From Gemmatimonadota bacterium (lineage in GTDB: Bacteria > Gemmatimonadota > Gemmatimonadetes > Palauibacterales > Palauibacteraceae): a DNA stretch of 64,000 nt. The number at the start of each line of letters is the position of its first letter. The stretch's first letter is position 1. The DNA lies in the NCBI GenBank assembly GCA_963666735.1, contig OY762926.1, positions 256,001 through 320,000 of the forward strand, written 5' to 3'. Shown here piece by piece: positions 48,718 through 58,891 of the stretch. The notes beneath the pieces are model-generated. The model ran no database searches and had not been told where the DNA came from. It worked only from the letters and a program-made list of their open reading frames with translations. The translations under genes were made by a program, and so were the position numbers.

Positions 48718-51700
48718 ATGAAGACAGCCCGAGTTGTTGCGCTCTCCGCGGCCGGCCTCCTCTTCGGCGCCAGTATCGGCGCGTCGGCCGGCGCCGCCCA
48801 GTCCGCGCTCGAGACGGCGATCTCCCGCCTCGAGTACCGGGAGCTCGGCCCGGCCCTCATGGGGGGGCGCATCGCCGACATCGCCGTGGTCGAAGCCAAG
48901 CCGCAGATCTTCTATCTCGGCACGGCCACCGGCGGGCTGTGGAAGACGGAGAACCACGGCACCTCCTGGACCCCGCTCTTCGACGACCAGCCGACGAGTT
49001 CGATCGGGGACGTGACCCTCCACCAGGCGAACCCGAACCTCGTCTGGGTGGGGACGGGCGAGCCCCAGAACCGTCAGTCCTCCCCCTGGGGGAACGGCGT
49101 CTACAAGTCGACGGACGGCGGAAACACGTGGATGCACATGGGGCTCGAGGCGACGAAGCACATCGCCCGCATCCTCATTCACCCGCGGAACCCGGACATC
49201 GTCCATGTGGCCGCGATGGGCGACCTCTGGGGTTCGAACCCCGAGCGGGGCGTCTTCCGGACCACGGACGGCGGGGAGTCGTGGGAGAAGGTGCTCTACG
49301 TCGACGACCACACGGGCGCGATCGATCTGGCCATGGATCCCGCCGACCCGAACACGATCTTCGCGGCCATGTACCAGCGGCAGCGGACGGGCTGGGGGTT
49401 CAACGGCGGCGGCCCGGGGAGCGGCCTCTACCGGACGGTCGACGGCGGCGACAGCTGGACGGAAGTCACCGAGGGTCTCCCGGCAGGCGACAAGGGCCGC
49501 ATCGGGATCGACATCTACCGGCAGGACGGGAACCTCGTCTACGCTCTGGTCGAGGCGGATCCCCGGCGGCCGGGGCAGGGGTTCGGCGGCGGGGGCGGCG
49601 GTCCGCGCCGGGGCGGGATCTTCCGCTCCACCGACCGCGGCGAGACGTGGGAGAAGATGTCGGACACGAACCCGCGTCCGATGTACTACTCCCAGGTCCG
49701 CATCGACCCGAGCAACCCCGACCGCATCTACGTGCTCGGGACGCAGCTGGCGATCTCCGATGACGGGGGCCGGACGTTCCGGAACGACGGGGCGGTGCAG
49801 ATCCATGTCGACCATCACCAGCTCTGGATCAACCCGGAGGATCCCGACCACCTGATCCTGGGGAGCGACGGCGGGGTGGCCGCGTCGTGGGACGGGGCCG
49901 CGCACTGGCGCATGTTCGACAACATCGCGCTGGGCCAGTTCTACGCCATCGGGTTCGACATGCGCACGCCCTACGCGGTGTGCGGCGGGCTTCAGGACAA
50001 CGACGCGTGGTGCGGACCCTCGAACACGCGTTCCTTCCACGGCATCCGGAATCAGGATTGGTACGAGACGGCGTACGGCGACGGCTTCTTCACGATCGTC
50101 GACCCCACCGACTCCACGATCGTGTACTCCGAGTCGCAGGGCGGGAACATGAACCGCTACGACCTGACGACGGGGGAGAAGATCCCCATGCGTCCCATCG
50201 TCGGACCGCGCGCGGACGGGGACACGACGAAGGCTTACCGCTACAACTGGAACTCGCCGCTCCTCCTCTCGCCGCACGACCCGGCCACGGTCTACCTGGG
50301 CGCGAACTACCTGCTGCGCTCGCGGGACTACGGGATGTCGTGGGAGGAGGTCGGAGGCCTCGACCTCACGAAGCAGATCGACCGCGAGGAACTCGAGATC
50401 ATGGGCGTCCCCGGCTCCGAGCCGCAGATGTCGCTCAACGACGGGATCTCGAACTACGGGAACCTCACCGCCGTGGAGGAGTCGCCCCTCGTGCCGGGGC
50501 TCATCTACGCGGGGACGGACGACGGGAACCTGCAGGTGTCGCGCGATGACGGGGAGACGTGGGAGAACGTCGTCGACCGCATCCCGGGCTTGCCGGAACG
50601 GACCTACGTGAGCCGGGTGGAGCCGTCCAACCACGCCGAGGGCCGGGTGTACGCGACCTTCGACGGCCACCGCAACGGCGACTACGCGGCGTACGCCTAC
50701 GTGAGCGAGGACTACGGGCAGAGCTGGCGGGCGATCGCGAACGGGCTGCCGGACGGGTGGTCGGTGAACGTGATCGTCGAGCACCAGCGGGCGCCGAACC
50801 TCCTCTTCATCGGGAACGAGGTCGGCGTCTTCGTCTCCGTGGACCGCGGCGAGAGCTGGGTGCAGCTCAAGAACAACCTGCCGACCGTGCCGGTGGACGA
50901 CATCCTCGTTCATCCGCGCGAGAACGACCTCATCGTCGGGACGCATGGGCGCAGCCTCTACATCCTCGCCGACGTGGCGCCGCTCGAAGCGCTGTCGGAG
51001 GGCATGCTGGCCGAGGCGGGCGGCGTGTTCGGCGACCATTCGATCATGTGGACGGAAAAGGGGGACTGGCCCTTCTACGGCGCCACCTACAGTGCGCCGA
51101 ACCCGCCGCGCGGGGCCCGGATTCGCTACTACCTGCGCGACGCTCCCGAAGAGACCATGGCGGAGGACGACGAGGAAGACGACGGGGAGGGCGAACACGA
51201 GGACGGCGATGACGACGAGGACGGTGATGGGGACGGAGACGGAGACGGCGACGCGTTCGCGCTGAAGATCGCCGACGCCTCGGGGGTACACGTACGTACG
51301 CTGGAGGCGCCCGCGGAAGTCGGCATCAACGAGGTGATCTGGGACTGGCGTCACGACGCGCCGTACGAGCGTGAGGGCGGCGGCGGTCCGGGCGGCGGAG
51401 GCGGCTTCTTCTTCGGCGGCGCGCCGCGGGGTCCGATCGTCCTCCCGGGCACGTACACGGTGAGCATGGAGGCGGGCGGCGAGACGTTCTCGGCCGAGGT
51501 CGAAGTCGTCGCGGAACCGCGCCGGCCGATGAGCCGCGCGGACCGCATGGCGCGGCAGGACGCGCTGCTGAGCCTCCACGCCATGGCGGGCCCGATTTAC
51601 GAGGCGGGGCAGGCCCTCGACGCGCTCGAGGAGCAGTTGTCGGCAGCGGAGGAACTGATCGAGGGCGCGGATGAGGCGCCGGAGGGACTGGAAGAGGAGC

Positions 51701-51981
51701 TTGAGGCGATCGAGGAGGAGATCGAGGAGATCCGCGACGAACTGGCGGACGCGCGCCGGAACGCAGGCGTCGCGAACGCCATCCAGGGTTCCTCCACGGT
51801 TCCGACCGCGGACCACCTGTGGCAGGTGGACGAAGTCTGGAACGTGATGCCGGAGTTGCTGGACCGGCTCAACGTCCTCATCGAAGCGCGCGTGCCGGCG
51901 CTGAACGCCCAGTTGTACGCGGAAGGCGTGCGGCCGTCCGCGGGCGAACCGATCGCCCTGCCGGACCGGCCGGGCGGCTGA
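48718..51981 (+). CDS. Secreted VPS10/sortilin-like BNR-repeat beta-propeller (glycosyl hydrolase-like)
   Basis: Signal peptide, RELGPALMGGRI, many S.DGG.TW Asp-boxes, GGLQDND, GTHGRS. Confidence 0.9.
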   Translation: MKTARVVALSAAGLLFGASIGASAGAAQSALETAISRLEYRELGPALMGGRIADIAVVEAKPQIFYLGTATGGLWKTENHGTSWTPLFDDQPTSSIGDVTLHQANPNLVWVGTGEPQNRQSSPWGNGVYKSTDGGNTWMHMGLEATKHIARILIHPRNPDIVHVAAMGDLWGSNPERGVFRTTDGGESWEKVLYVDDHTGAIDLAMDPADPNTIFAAMYQRQRTGWGFNGGGPGSGLYRTVDGGDSWTEVTEGLPAGDKGRIGIDIYRQDGNLVYALVEADPRRPGQGFGGGGGGPRRGGIFRSTDRGETWEKMSDTNPRPMYYSQVRIDPSNPDRIYVLGTQLAISDDGGRTFRNDGAVQIHVDHHQLWINPEDPDHLILGSDGGVAASWDGAAHWRMFDNIALGQFYAIGFDMRTPYAVCGGLQDNDAWCGPSNTRSFHGIRNQDWYETAYGDGFFTIVDPTDSTIVYSESQGGNMNRYDLTTGEKIPMRPIVGPRADGDTTKAYRYNWNSPLLLSPHDPATVYLGANYLLRSRDYGMSWEEVGGLDLTKQIDREELEIMGVPGSEPQMSLNDGISNYGNLTAVEESPLVPGLIYAGTDDGNLQVSRDDGETWENVVDRIPGLPERTYVSRVEPSNHAEGRVYATFDGHRNGDYAAYAYVSEDYGQSWRAIANGLPDGWSVNVIVEHQRAPNLLFIGNEVGVFVSVDRGESWVQLKNNLPTVPVDDILVHPRENDLIVGTHGRSLYILADVAPLEALSEGMLAEAGGVFGDHSIMWTEKGDWPFYGATYSAPNPPRGARIRYYLRDAPEETMAEDDEEDDGEGEHEDGDDDEDGDGDGDGDGDAFALKIADASGVHVRTLEAPAEVGINEVIWDWRHDAPYEREGGGGPGGGGGFFFGGAPRGPIVLPGTYTVSMEAGGETFSAEVEVVAEPRRPMSRADRMARQDALLSLHAMAGPIYEAGQALDALEEQLSAAEELIEGADEAPEGLEEELEAIEEEIEEIRDELADARRNAGVANAIQGSSTVPTADHLWQVDEVWNVMPELLDRLNVLIEARVPALNAQLYAEGVRPSAGEPIALPDRPGG

Positions 51982-52027
51982 CGGGCGGCCGACCCCGGCC
52001 ACCGATAGATTGCGGCTCATGCAACAC

Positions 52028-53473
52028 ATGACGAGACGAGACATGAACTCACGCATCACCGGGCTGCCCGCGCCGTTGCTCGCCCTCGGGCTGGCCGTCG
52101 TCGCACTGTCGGCGTCTGACGGACCCGTGCCGCCGGGACTCGGCGCCGTCCTCGCCCCACCCGCGCCCGCCGTGCGGTCCGCGCAGTCGGCGGCCACGGT
52201 CGTTCGGGTGCCGATCTCCGGCACGATCGAACTCGGCGTGGCCCCGTTCGTGGCGCGCGCGCTCTCGGAAGCCGCGGAATCCGGGGCGCCCGCCGTGATC
52301 ATCGAACTCGACACGCCCGGAGGCCGGGTCGACGCGGCGTGGAAGATCATCGACGACCTGCGCGACGCGGAGGTCCCGACCTACGCCTACGTGAACCGCC
52401 GCGCCCTCTCGGCCGGCGCGATGATCGCGCTCGCCACCGACCGGATCTACATGCGGCCGGGCTCCACGCTGGGCGCCGCCACTCCGGTCACGGGCGAGGG
52501 CGAGAAGGCGTCGGAGAAGATGGTGAGCGCCATGCGCTCGGAGTTCCGGGCGCTGGCCGAGGAACGGGGACTCGATCCGCTGATTGCGGAGGCGATGGTG
52601 GACGAGAGCATCGAGGTCCCCGGGGTGAGCGAAGCCGGCCGGCTGCTCACCCTCACGACGGATGAAGCCACGGCGCTCGGGGTGGCGGACGCGGAGGTCC
52701 GGGACCTCATCGAACTCCTTGAGATCACGCGGCTCCCGGCCGCCCCCGTGCGAGAAATCCAGCCCAACTGGGCGGAAGCGATCGTGCGCTTCCTGACGAA
52801 CCCGGCGGTCGCGCCACTGCTTCTCAGCCTGGGTTTCCTCGGACTCATCGTGGAGGTCCGGACGCCGAGCTTCGGCGTGGCGGGGGCGGTCGGACTCGCC
52901 TCGCTGGCCGCGTTCTTCGGCGCGCACCACCTCGTGCACCTCGCCGGGATCGAGGAGATCCTCATCTTCGGCGCCGGGGTCGCGCTCATCGGGCTCGAGG
53001 TCCTCGTCATCCCCGGGTTCGGGATTGCGGGAATACTGGGGGCGGGTGCGATCCTCGGGGCGACCGTCATGGGGATGGTGGGCCAGGTCCCGACCTTCGA
53101 CCAGGTGTTCAACGCGGCGGGTCTCGTCTCTCTCTCCATCATTCTCGTGGGGGTCGCCACGTGGGCGCTTGTGCGGCACCTCCCCCGCAGCAACCGATTC
53201 TCCGGTCTTTTCCTGCGTGCCTCGACGAGCCGCGAGACGGGCTACCTTTCGATGCCCCCGCGTGAAGATCTGATCGGCGCGCTCGGCGTCACTTCGACCG
53301 ACTTGCGGCCCACCGGGGTCGCGATCGTGAAGGATGAGCGCATTCATGTCGTAACGGAGGGTCCGTGGCTCGAGGCCGGGACCCCGATACGCGTACTCGA
53401 GGTGGCGAGCGGCCGGATTCTCGTGCGCCGCGCCAAAGAGACGCCCGAATCCGAAAACAGGAACGAGGTCTGA
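52028..53473 (+). CDS. nfeD: NfeD family membrane serine protease (long form, YqeZ-like)
   Basis: [25 protein letters not shown] segment, TDLRPTG; start approximate. Confidence 0.9.
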   Translation: MTRRDMNSRITGLPAPLLALGLAVVALSASDGPVPPGLGAVLAPPAPAVRSAQSAATVVRVPISGTIELGVAPFVARALSEAAESGAPAVIIELDTPGGRVDAAWKIIDDLRDAEVPTYAYVNRRALSAGAMIALATDRIYMRPGSTLGAATPVTGEGEKASEKMVSAMRSEFRALAEERGLDPLIAEAMVDESIEVPGVSEAGRLLTLTTDEATALGVADAEVRDLIELLEITRLPAAPVREIQPNWAEAIVRFLTNPAVAPLLLSLGFLGLIVEVRTPSFGVAGAVGLASLAAFFGAHHLVHLAGIEEILIFGAGVALIGLEVLVIPGFGIAGILGAGAILGATVMGMVGQVPTFDQVFNAAGLVSLSIILVGVATWALVRHLPRSNRFSGLFLRASTSRETGYLSMPPREDLIGALGVTSTDLRPTGVAIVKDERIHVVTEGPWLEAGTPIRVLEVASGRILVRRAKETPESENRNEV

Positions 53474-53475
53474 AT

Positions 53476-54462
53476 ATGCTGCAAGATCTTGCCGGAAGCG
53501 GCATCATCGCTCTCATTGTCGCCGCCCTCGGGCTTCTCATTCTGTCGTGGATCGTGCCGATCCGACTCTGGGTTACGGCGATCGCGTCGGGCGTTCGAGT
53601 GGGTCTCGGCAGTCTGGTGGGGATGCGCCTGAGAAAGATCCCTCCGCCGCGGATCGTTTATCCGCTCATCAGCTCGTACAAGGCGGGGCTCCCGCTCAAT
53701 ACGAACGAACTGGAATCGCACTTTCTGGCCGGCGGCGATGTCGAGCGGGTCGTGAACGCGCTCATTTCGGCGGACAAGGCGAGCATTGAGCTGCCGTTCC
53801 GGCAGGCCGCCGCGATCGACCTCGCGGGACGGGATGTGCTCGACGCGGTGCAGGTCTCCGTCAACCCGCGCGTCATCCAGACGCCGAAGGTCGCCGCGAT
53901 GGCCAAGGACGGGATCCAGCTTATCGCCACGGCGCGCGTGACGGTGCGGGCGAACATCAACCGCCTCGTCGGAGGCGCGGGGGAGGAGACGATCCTGGCC
54001 CGTGTCGGCGAGGGCATCGTGTCGACGATCGGGTCGGCCGCGTCTCACAAGGCGGTGCTCGAGAACCCGGACAACATCTCGAAAACGGTGCTTGCCAAGG
54101 GGCTCGACTCCGGGACCGCGTTCGAGATCCTCTCCATCGACATCGCCGATGTCGACGTCGGGAAGAACATCGGGGCCGAGCTGCAGACGGACCAGGCCGA
54201 GGCGGACAAGCGGATTGCGCAGGCGAAGGCCGAGGAGCGCCGGGCGATGGCGGTCGCGTCGGAGCAGGAGAACCGGGCGCTCGTCGAGCAGATGCAGGCC
54301 GAGGTCGTCAAGGCGGAGGCGGAGGTCCCCCTCGCGATGGCCGAAGCGTTCCGCGAGGGCAACCTCGGGATCATGGATTACATGAAGTACCGCAACATCC
54401 AGAGCGACACGCAGATGCGGAGGTCCATCGCGAAGCCGCCGGAGAGCGATAAGGACGGCTGA
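53476..54462 (+). CDS. floA: Flotillin-like protein FloA (YqfA)
   Basis: [52 protein letters not shown]. Confidence 0.95.
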   Translation: MLQDLAGSGIIALIVAALGLLILSWIVPIRLWVTAIASGVRVGLGSLVGMRLRKIPPPRIVYPLISSYKAGLPLNTNELESHFLAGGDVERVVNALISADKASIELPFRQAAAIDLAGRDVLDAVQVSVNPRVIQTPKVAAMAKDGIQLIATARVTVRANINRLVGGAGEETILARVGEGIVSTIGSAASHKAVLENPDNISKTVLAKGLDSGTAFEILSIDIADVDVGKNIGAELQTDQAEADKRIAQAKAEERRAMAVASEQENRALVEQMQAEVVKAEAEVPLAMAEAFREGNLGIMDYMKYRNIQSDTQMRRSIAKPPESDKDG

Positions 54463-55082
54463 TGCCGGATATCGAGGGCGCGCTGCCCATCATCCTGCTG
54501 ATGATCTTCCTCTGGGTGCGGAGCATCGGCTCCGCGATGAAGAAGAATCGTCAGCGCCAGGAACAGGCGCTCGAGCGGGCCGGGGCGGAGCCCGAGCTCG
54601 AAGCGGAGTCCGGGTTCGGAGCCGAGCCGGCGCGCGTGCAGGCCACGGATCCCGCCGGGGCGGAGGCGGCGCGTCCGACGTTGCGCGAACAACTGCGCGA
54701 CATGGGTCGCCAGCTGGAGCAACAGATGCAGCAGGCGGCGGAGGAGGGACGGCCGGGGAGTCTCGTCGGGCATGTGGAGCCGGAGGAGGTTCCCGCGACT
54801 CCTCCCTTCCTGCGGCCGACCGCGGCAGTGCCGCCCCGGACCCCGTCTCCGGCGCCGGCGGCTGCCGTCCCCCGGACCGCCCGCACGCCGGGGCGGCGCA
54901 CGCCTCCCCCCATGTCGCCGATCGCCGGCGCGCAGTCCCCGAGCGCCGGCGCCGGGCGCAAAGCCCCGCTGGAGCGCCTCGAACGCTATCCCGCGCTTGC
55001 GAGGGCCGTGATCCTGTCAGAGATCCTCGGGACCCCGCCGGGCCTGACCGACCGCGAAGGACCGCCGGCGCCACGGGGGTAG
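54462..55082 (+). CDS. Hypothetical protein (YqfB-like position)
   Basis: N-terminal TM, Pro-rich linker, C-term RAVILSEILGTP; third gene after nfeD-floA. Confidence 0.72.
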   Translation: MPDIEGALPIILLMIFLWVRSIGSAMKKNRQRQEQALERAGAEPELEAESGFGAEPARVQATDPAGAEAARPTLREQLRDMGRQLEQQMQQAAEEGRPGSLVGHVEPEEVPATPPFLRPTAAVPPRTPSPAPAAAVPRTARTPGRRTPPPMSPIAGAQSPSAGAGRKAPLERLERYPALARAVILSEILGTPPGLTDREGPPAPRG

Positions 55083-55124
55083 CGGGCACCGGCGGCCGGA
55101 CGGGCGGACCCGCTACATGCCGTG

Positions 55125-55892
55125 CTACATGCTGTGCAGGGCGAATCCCGCGCCCTGCGGGTCGATCCCGTGCAGGATGTGCCCGCTCTCGCCCGGGATC
55201 TTGAGCGGCGGCGTCACGATCGTGCCCCCGAGGTCCTCGATCACCTTCACGGAGGCGTGTACGTCGGGGACGGACATGTAGAGGAACCAGCACGGGGGCG
55301 GCATGTCTTCGGTCCGCGTCATCATCCCCCCGAATTCCTTCCCCTCGCGGCCGTACATCTGGTAGATGCCGTGCTCTCCCATGTCCATCTGCGTCGTCTT
55401 CTCCCAGCCGAAGAGGTCGGAGTAGAACGACCAGGCGGCCTCCCGGTCCGCCGAGATCAGTTCGTGCCAGGAGCATTCGCCGACCGCCGGCGGGCCGTCG
55501 TGTCCGGGGGTGGCGTCGGATGGCTCATACGCCGTGAACACCGCGCCTCCGGGATCGCCCAGCACCGCGAGGCGTCCGACTTCGGGGATCTCCATCCGGT
55601 GGTGTACCGTGCCCCCGAGCCGGGCGGCCTTCTCCGCCGTCGCGTCGACATCGGGCGTCGAGATGTAGGGCAGCCAGTGGGGCGGCACCCCGCCGGCCCG
55701 GGCATCGGGGGGCAGCTCCATCACGCCGCCGATGGGAGTGCCGTCGTTGTTCCAGGTGATGTACGGCGGCCCCTCTCCCTGCCACGCGCCGGTTTCCCAG
55801 CCGACGACACCCCGGTAAAAGTCCTGCGCGCCTTCGAGGTCGGTGGTAAGAAGCTCGTACCAGCAGAATCGGCCGAGTGGTGTCTCGGACAT
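55125..55892 (-). CDS. Two-domain VOC family protein
   Basis: GRFCWYELLTTD, PPHWLPY, DPGGAVF; second repeat WHEL..DPQGAGF. Confidence 0.9.
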   Translation of the reverse strand: MSETPLGRFCWYELLTTDLEGAQDFYRGVVGWETGAWQGEGPPYITWNNDGTPIGGVMELPPDARAGGVPPHWLPYISTPDVDATAEKAARLGGTVHHRMEIPEVGRLAVLGDPGGAVFTAYEPSDATPGHDGPPAVGECSWHELISADREAAWSFYSDLFGWEKTTQMDMGEHGIYQMYGREGKEFGGMMTRTEDMPPPCWFLYMSVPDVHASVKVIEDLGGTIVTPPLKIPGESGHILHGIDPQGAGFALHSM

Positions 55893-55961
55893 GTGCAGCC
55901 TCCGGAATGTTCGCGGTTTTCGAACTGCGGTTGGTCGTGACGGGTCGTGAAGCCGGGAATC

Positions 55962-56276
55962 CTATCCGTTGGCGGGGTGATCGTCGAGGAAGGGTGACTT
56001 CTTCTTCGGGGGAAGCGGAATGTCGCCGAAGGGAGATACTTGGGGAGCGTCTCCCGCTCGCCCCGCCTGGCCTGCCACCCTCGTGCCGGTACCGAGGATC
56101 GTCTGCAGTTCGCGCTCGCTGAGTTCGAAGGGGTCGTCGCCCGCGTAGAGCGGCGGGCGGGCGCGGCGGGGGGCGCGGGGGTTCCCCGGGACGGGTTCGA
56201 AGCGCCACTCGTGCTTCGAGGAGACGCGCACTGCCCAGCGCGTCCCGTCACGGTCGGCAAACTTCCGGTGGCTCAC
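55962..56276 (-). CDS. Small hypothetical protein (104 aa)
   Basis: GTGA overlap with the transporter stop; globular-looking SHRKFADRDGTRWAVR..EWRFEP..DPFELSERELQ. Confidence 0.6.
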   Translation of the reverse strand: MSHRKFADRDGTRWAVRVSSKHEWRFEPVPGNPRAPRRARPPLYAGDDPFELSERELQTILGTGTRVAGQAGRAGDAPQVSPFGDIPLPPKKKSPFLDDHPANG

Positions 56277-57865
56277 AAACTCTTGTCGGAGATGAGCCGC
56301 TTCACCCACGGAGCGGCGACCAGCCCCACGATGCCGACGGCGCCGATGATCATGGCGATGTTCTGGAAGAGCGGTGCCGGCGCAAGGTCTGCCAGCCGCC
56401 CGGCCACCAGCCCGGCGAACAGGTTGCCCAGCGCCGCACCGACGAACCACACCCCCATCATCTGACCGACCCGGTTCGCCGGCGAAAGCTTGGTGATGGC
56501 GGACAGCCCGATTGGCGAGATGCAGAGTTCGCCGACGGTGTGGAAGAAGTACGTCACCACCAGCCACGAGGGACTCACCAGGTTGTCGACGGTGGCGTTG
56601 GCCGCGCCCCAGGCCAGCACGAAGAACCCGATGGTCAGCCCGACCAGCCCCATCCCCGCCTTCATGGGAATCGACGGGTTGCGGTTGCGTCGCTCCAGCC
56701 ACACCCACAGCGCCCCGAAGACGGGCGCGAGCAGGATGATGAAGAAGGAGTTCACCGACTGCAGGAAGCCCGCCGGCATGAGCCAGCCGAGGATGTTGCG
56801 GTCGGTGTAGTCGCGGCCGAAGAGGTTGAGTGAGGATCCGGCCTGCTCGAAGCCCGACCAGAAGACGGCGATCAGCAGGAAGAGCCAGAAGATCACGCCC
56901 AGGCGCCGGTTCTCTTCCGGCGAGTGGCCTCCCATCGTCCACAGGTAGACGAAATAGGCCGCAATGATCACCGCCACCCCGTAGCCCAGAACCGTCGCGA
57001 TTCCGGTCAGGGATACGGGGATCACGCCGCTCGAGACCAGGTAACCGAAGGCCACGACCGCCAGGACCACGGCGAAGAAGCCGCCGAAGAATCTGCGCGA
57101 CCTGGCCGCGACCCGTGCCGCGCTGTCGGACGTCTTCAGGAGACCCGCGTCGCCCAGCAGGTGGGCGCGGCTTCGGTACTGGATCAAGCCCAGAGCCATG
57201 CCCACGCCGGCCGCGCCGAAGCCCCAGTGCCAGTTGTAGCTCTCTGCGAGGAAGCTCGTCACCAGCGGTCCGAGCAGCGCCCCGAGGTTGATCCCCATGT
57301 AGAAGATGGAGAAGCCCGCGTCCCGTCTCGCGCCCCCTTCGGGATAGAGGTCGCCCACGACGGTGCTGACGTTGGGCTTGAGCAGCCCCGTACCGAGGAT
57401 GACGAAGACGAGTCCCAGGAAGAAGGCGAAGGTGCTTGGAACCGCCATCGTGAAGTGGCCGAGGGCGATGATCCAGCCTCCGACCCATACCGCCTTGCGC
57501 TGCCCCCAGAGGTTGTCGGCGATCCATCCGCCGGGGAGCGCCATGATGTAGACCAGGCTCGTGTACAGCCCGTAGATCGCGGCGGCGGTCCCCACATCCA
57601 GCCCCATGCCGGGGTTGGCGACCTCGGATCCGTCGCCCCGCAGGATCACGTTCGTCGTCGCCGTCGTCATGTAGAGCGCGAGCAGCGCCCGCATCCCGTA
57701 GTACGAGAATCGCTCCCACATCTCCGTGAAGAAGAGGGTGGAGAGCCCGGCGGGATGCCCGAACCAGGACCGTTGCGCGGACGCTGCGGACGGGGAGGCG
57801 GACGGCGTCGTGGATTCGTTCAGTGGTCCGGACTCCTTGCCTGGGAACACGCTCTGGCGGCGCAC
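56273..57865 (-). CDS. POT family peptide:H+ symporter (MFS)
   Basis: FGHPAGL, EMWERFSYYGMR, GLLKPN, FYMGINLG, EQAGSSL, ELCISPIGLS; start approximate. Confidence 0.93.
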   Translation of the reverse strand: MRRQSVFPGKESGPLNESTTPSASPSAASAQRSWFGHPAGLSTLFFTEMWERFSYYGMRALLALYMTTATTNVILRGDGSEVANPGMGLDVGTAAAIYGLYTSLVYIMALPGGWIADNLWGQRKAVWVGGWIIALGHFTMAVPSTFAFFLGLVFVILGTGLLKPNVSTVVGDLYPEGGARRDAGFSIFYMGINLGALLGPLVTSFLAESYNWHWGFGAAGVGMALGLIQYRSRAHLLGDAGLLKTSDSAARVAARSRRFFGGFFAVVLAVVAFGYLVSSGVIPVSLTGIATVLGYGVAVIIAAYFVYLWTMGGHSPEENRRLGVIFWLFLLIAVFWSGFEQAGSSLNLFGRDYTDRNILGWLMPAGFLQSVNSFFIILLAPVFGALWVWLERRNRNPSIPMKAGMGLVGLTIGFFVLAWGAANATVDNLVSPSWLVVTYFFHTVGELCISPIGLSAITKLSPANRVGQMMGVWFVGAALGNLFAGLVAGRLADLAPAPLFQNIAMIIGAVGIVGLVAAPWVKRLISDKSL

Positions 57866-57956
57866 GACCGGACCCGGGAACCCATGCCGAGGCGGCTCCG
57901 CACGGCGAGCCCGGCCTCATGGATCGAGCCTCGAAGGTAGTATAGCGCCGTACGGG

Positions 57957-58730
57957 TCAGCGACCAATCCTCGCTGCCGATGTCCTGTTCCCGTCCTTCC
58001 GAATGAGGATCGCGGTCCCTGCAAGGGCGATGATGGCGAAGGAGAACCACTGGATCGCATAGGAGAGGTGCGGTCCCGAATCCGTCTCGATCTCTCTGGC
58101 GGGGCGGAGTGCGGCGTCCGGAGGCGGATCGTCCGCCCGCAGCACGTGAGGGGAGGGATCGAGGGTGGACTCCTCCCGGATCAGGGCGAGATCGAGGCCC
58201 GCGATGGCCAGGTGCCGTGCGCCGCCGACCTCGATCTGGAGGGGCTGGCCGCCCCGCCCGTCGCGGGAGGAGACGAAGACGCCGTCGACCCGCGCCGGGG
58301 CGTCGGCATCCGCGGAGGCTGCCGGCGCGTTGGTCCAGCCGGCCGACAGGACCGGGCGCAGGCCGTCGGGCGCGGGTAGCCAGCCGCGCAGGACCATCAC
58401 GACCTGCCCGGCGTCGCCGCCGACGAGGAGCGGGGTCAGCACCTCCGCGCCGGCCCGCCCGTCCAGGGTGCGGCTCCGGATGACGACCTCGCCGGCCCGG
58501 TCCCAGCGGCCGGTGAGCCGCGCGCGGCGGCCGATGAGGCCCGCCGTGTCGGACGGCACGTCGCCGGGGCCGCTCCACTCGAGTCGCGGGGCCTCGGCGC
58601 GGACCGCGCGCCCGCGCACCCCGGCACTCCGCTCGCCATGCCGGTCCAGCTGCCAGAACCCGAGGCGCACGAAGAGCGCGCCCAGGCCGATCGCGACGAT
58701 GCAGAGCAGGATCTTGCGGGTGGAAGTCAT
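57957..58730 (-). CDS. SURF1 family protein
   Basis: LGFWQLDR, VLTPL, VLRGW, HLSYAIQWF. Confidence 0.88.
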   Translation of the reverse strand: MTSTRKILLCIVAIGLGALFVRLGFWQLDRHGERSAGVRGRAVRAEAPRLEWSGPGDVPSDTAGLIGRRARLTGRWDRAGEVVIRSRTLDGRAGAEVLTPLLVGGDAGQVVMVLRGWLPAPDGLRPVLSAGWTNAPAASADADAPARVDGVFVSSRDGRGGQPLQIEVGGARHLAIAGLDLALIREESTLDPSPHVLRADDPPPDAALRPAREIETDSGPHLSYAIQWFSFAIIALAGTAILIRKDGNRTSAARIGR

Positions 58731-58891
58731 GGAGCAACGAGTTTATGGGATCACACCGGCGGGCGCAGCCGTCCGAGGTGGCGACCGCACGCTGCAACCT
58801 TCTTGCCGCGCCGTGGCCGGTTCGCCGATCTTCCCGCTCCCGTTATGGGCGGCCAACGCCGCCCGCCCGCATCCGCCGGAAGGACGCCGCG

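Noticed and set aside
51160..51255. Asp/Glu/Gly-rich repetitive tract
   Set aside because: In-frame low-complexity linker of the VPS10-like protein
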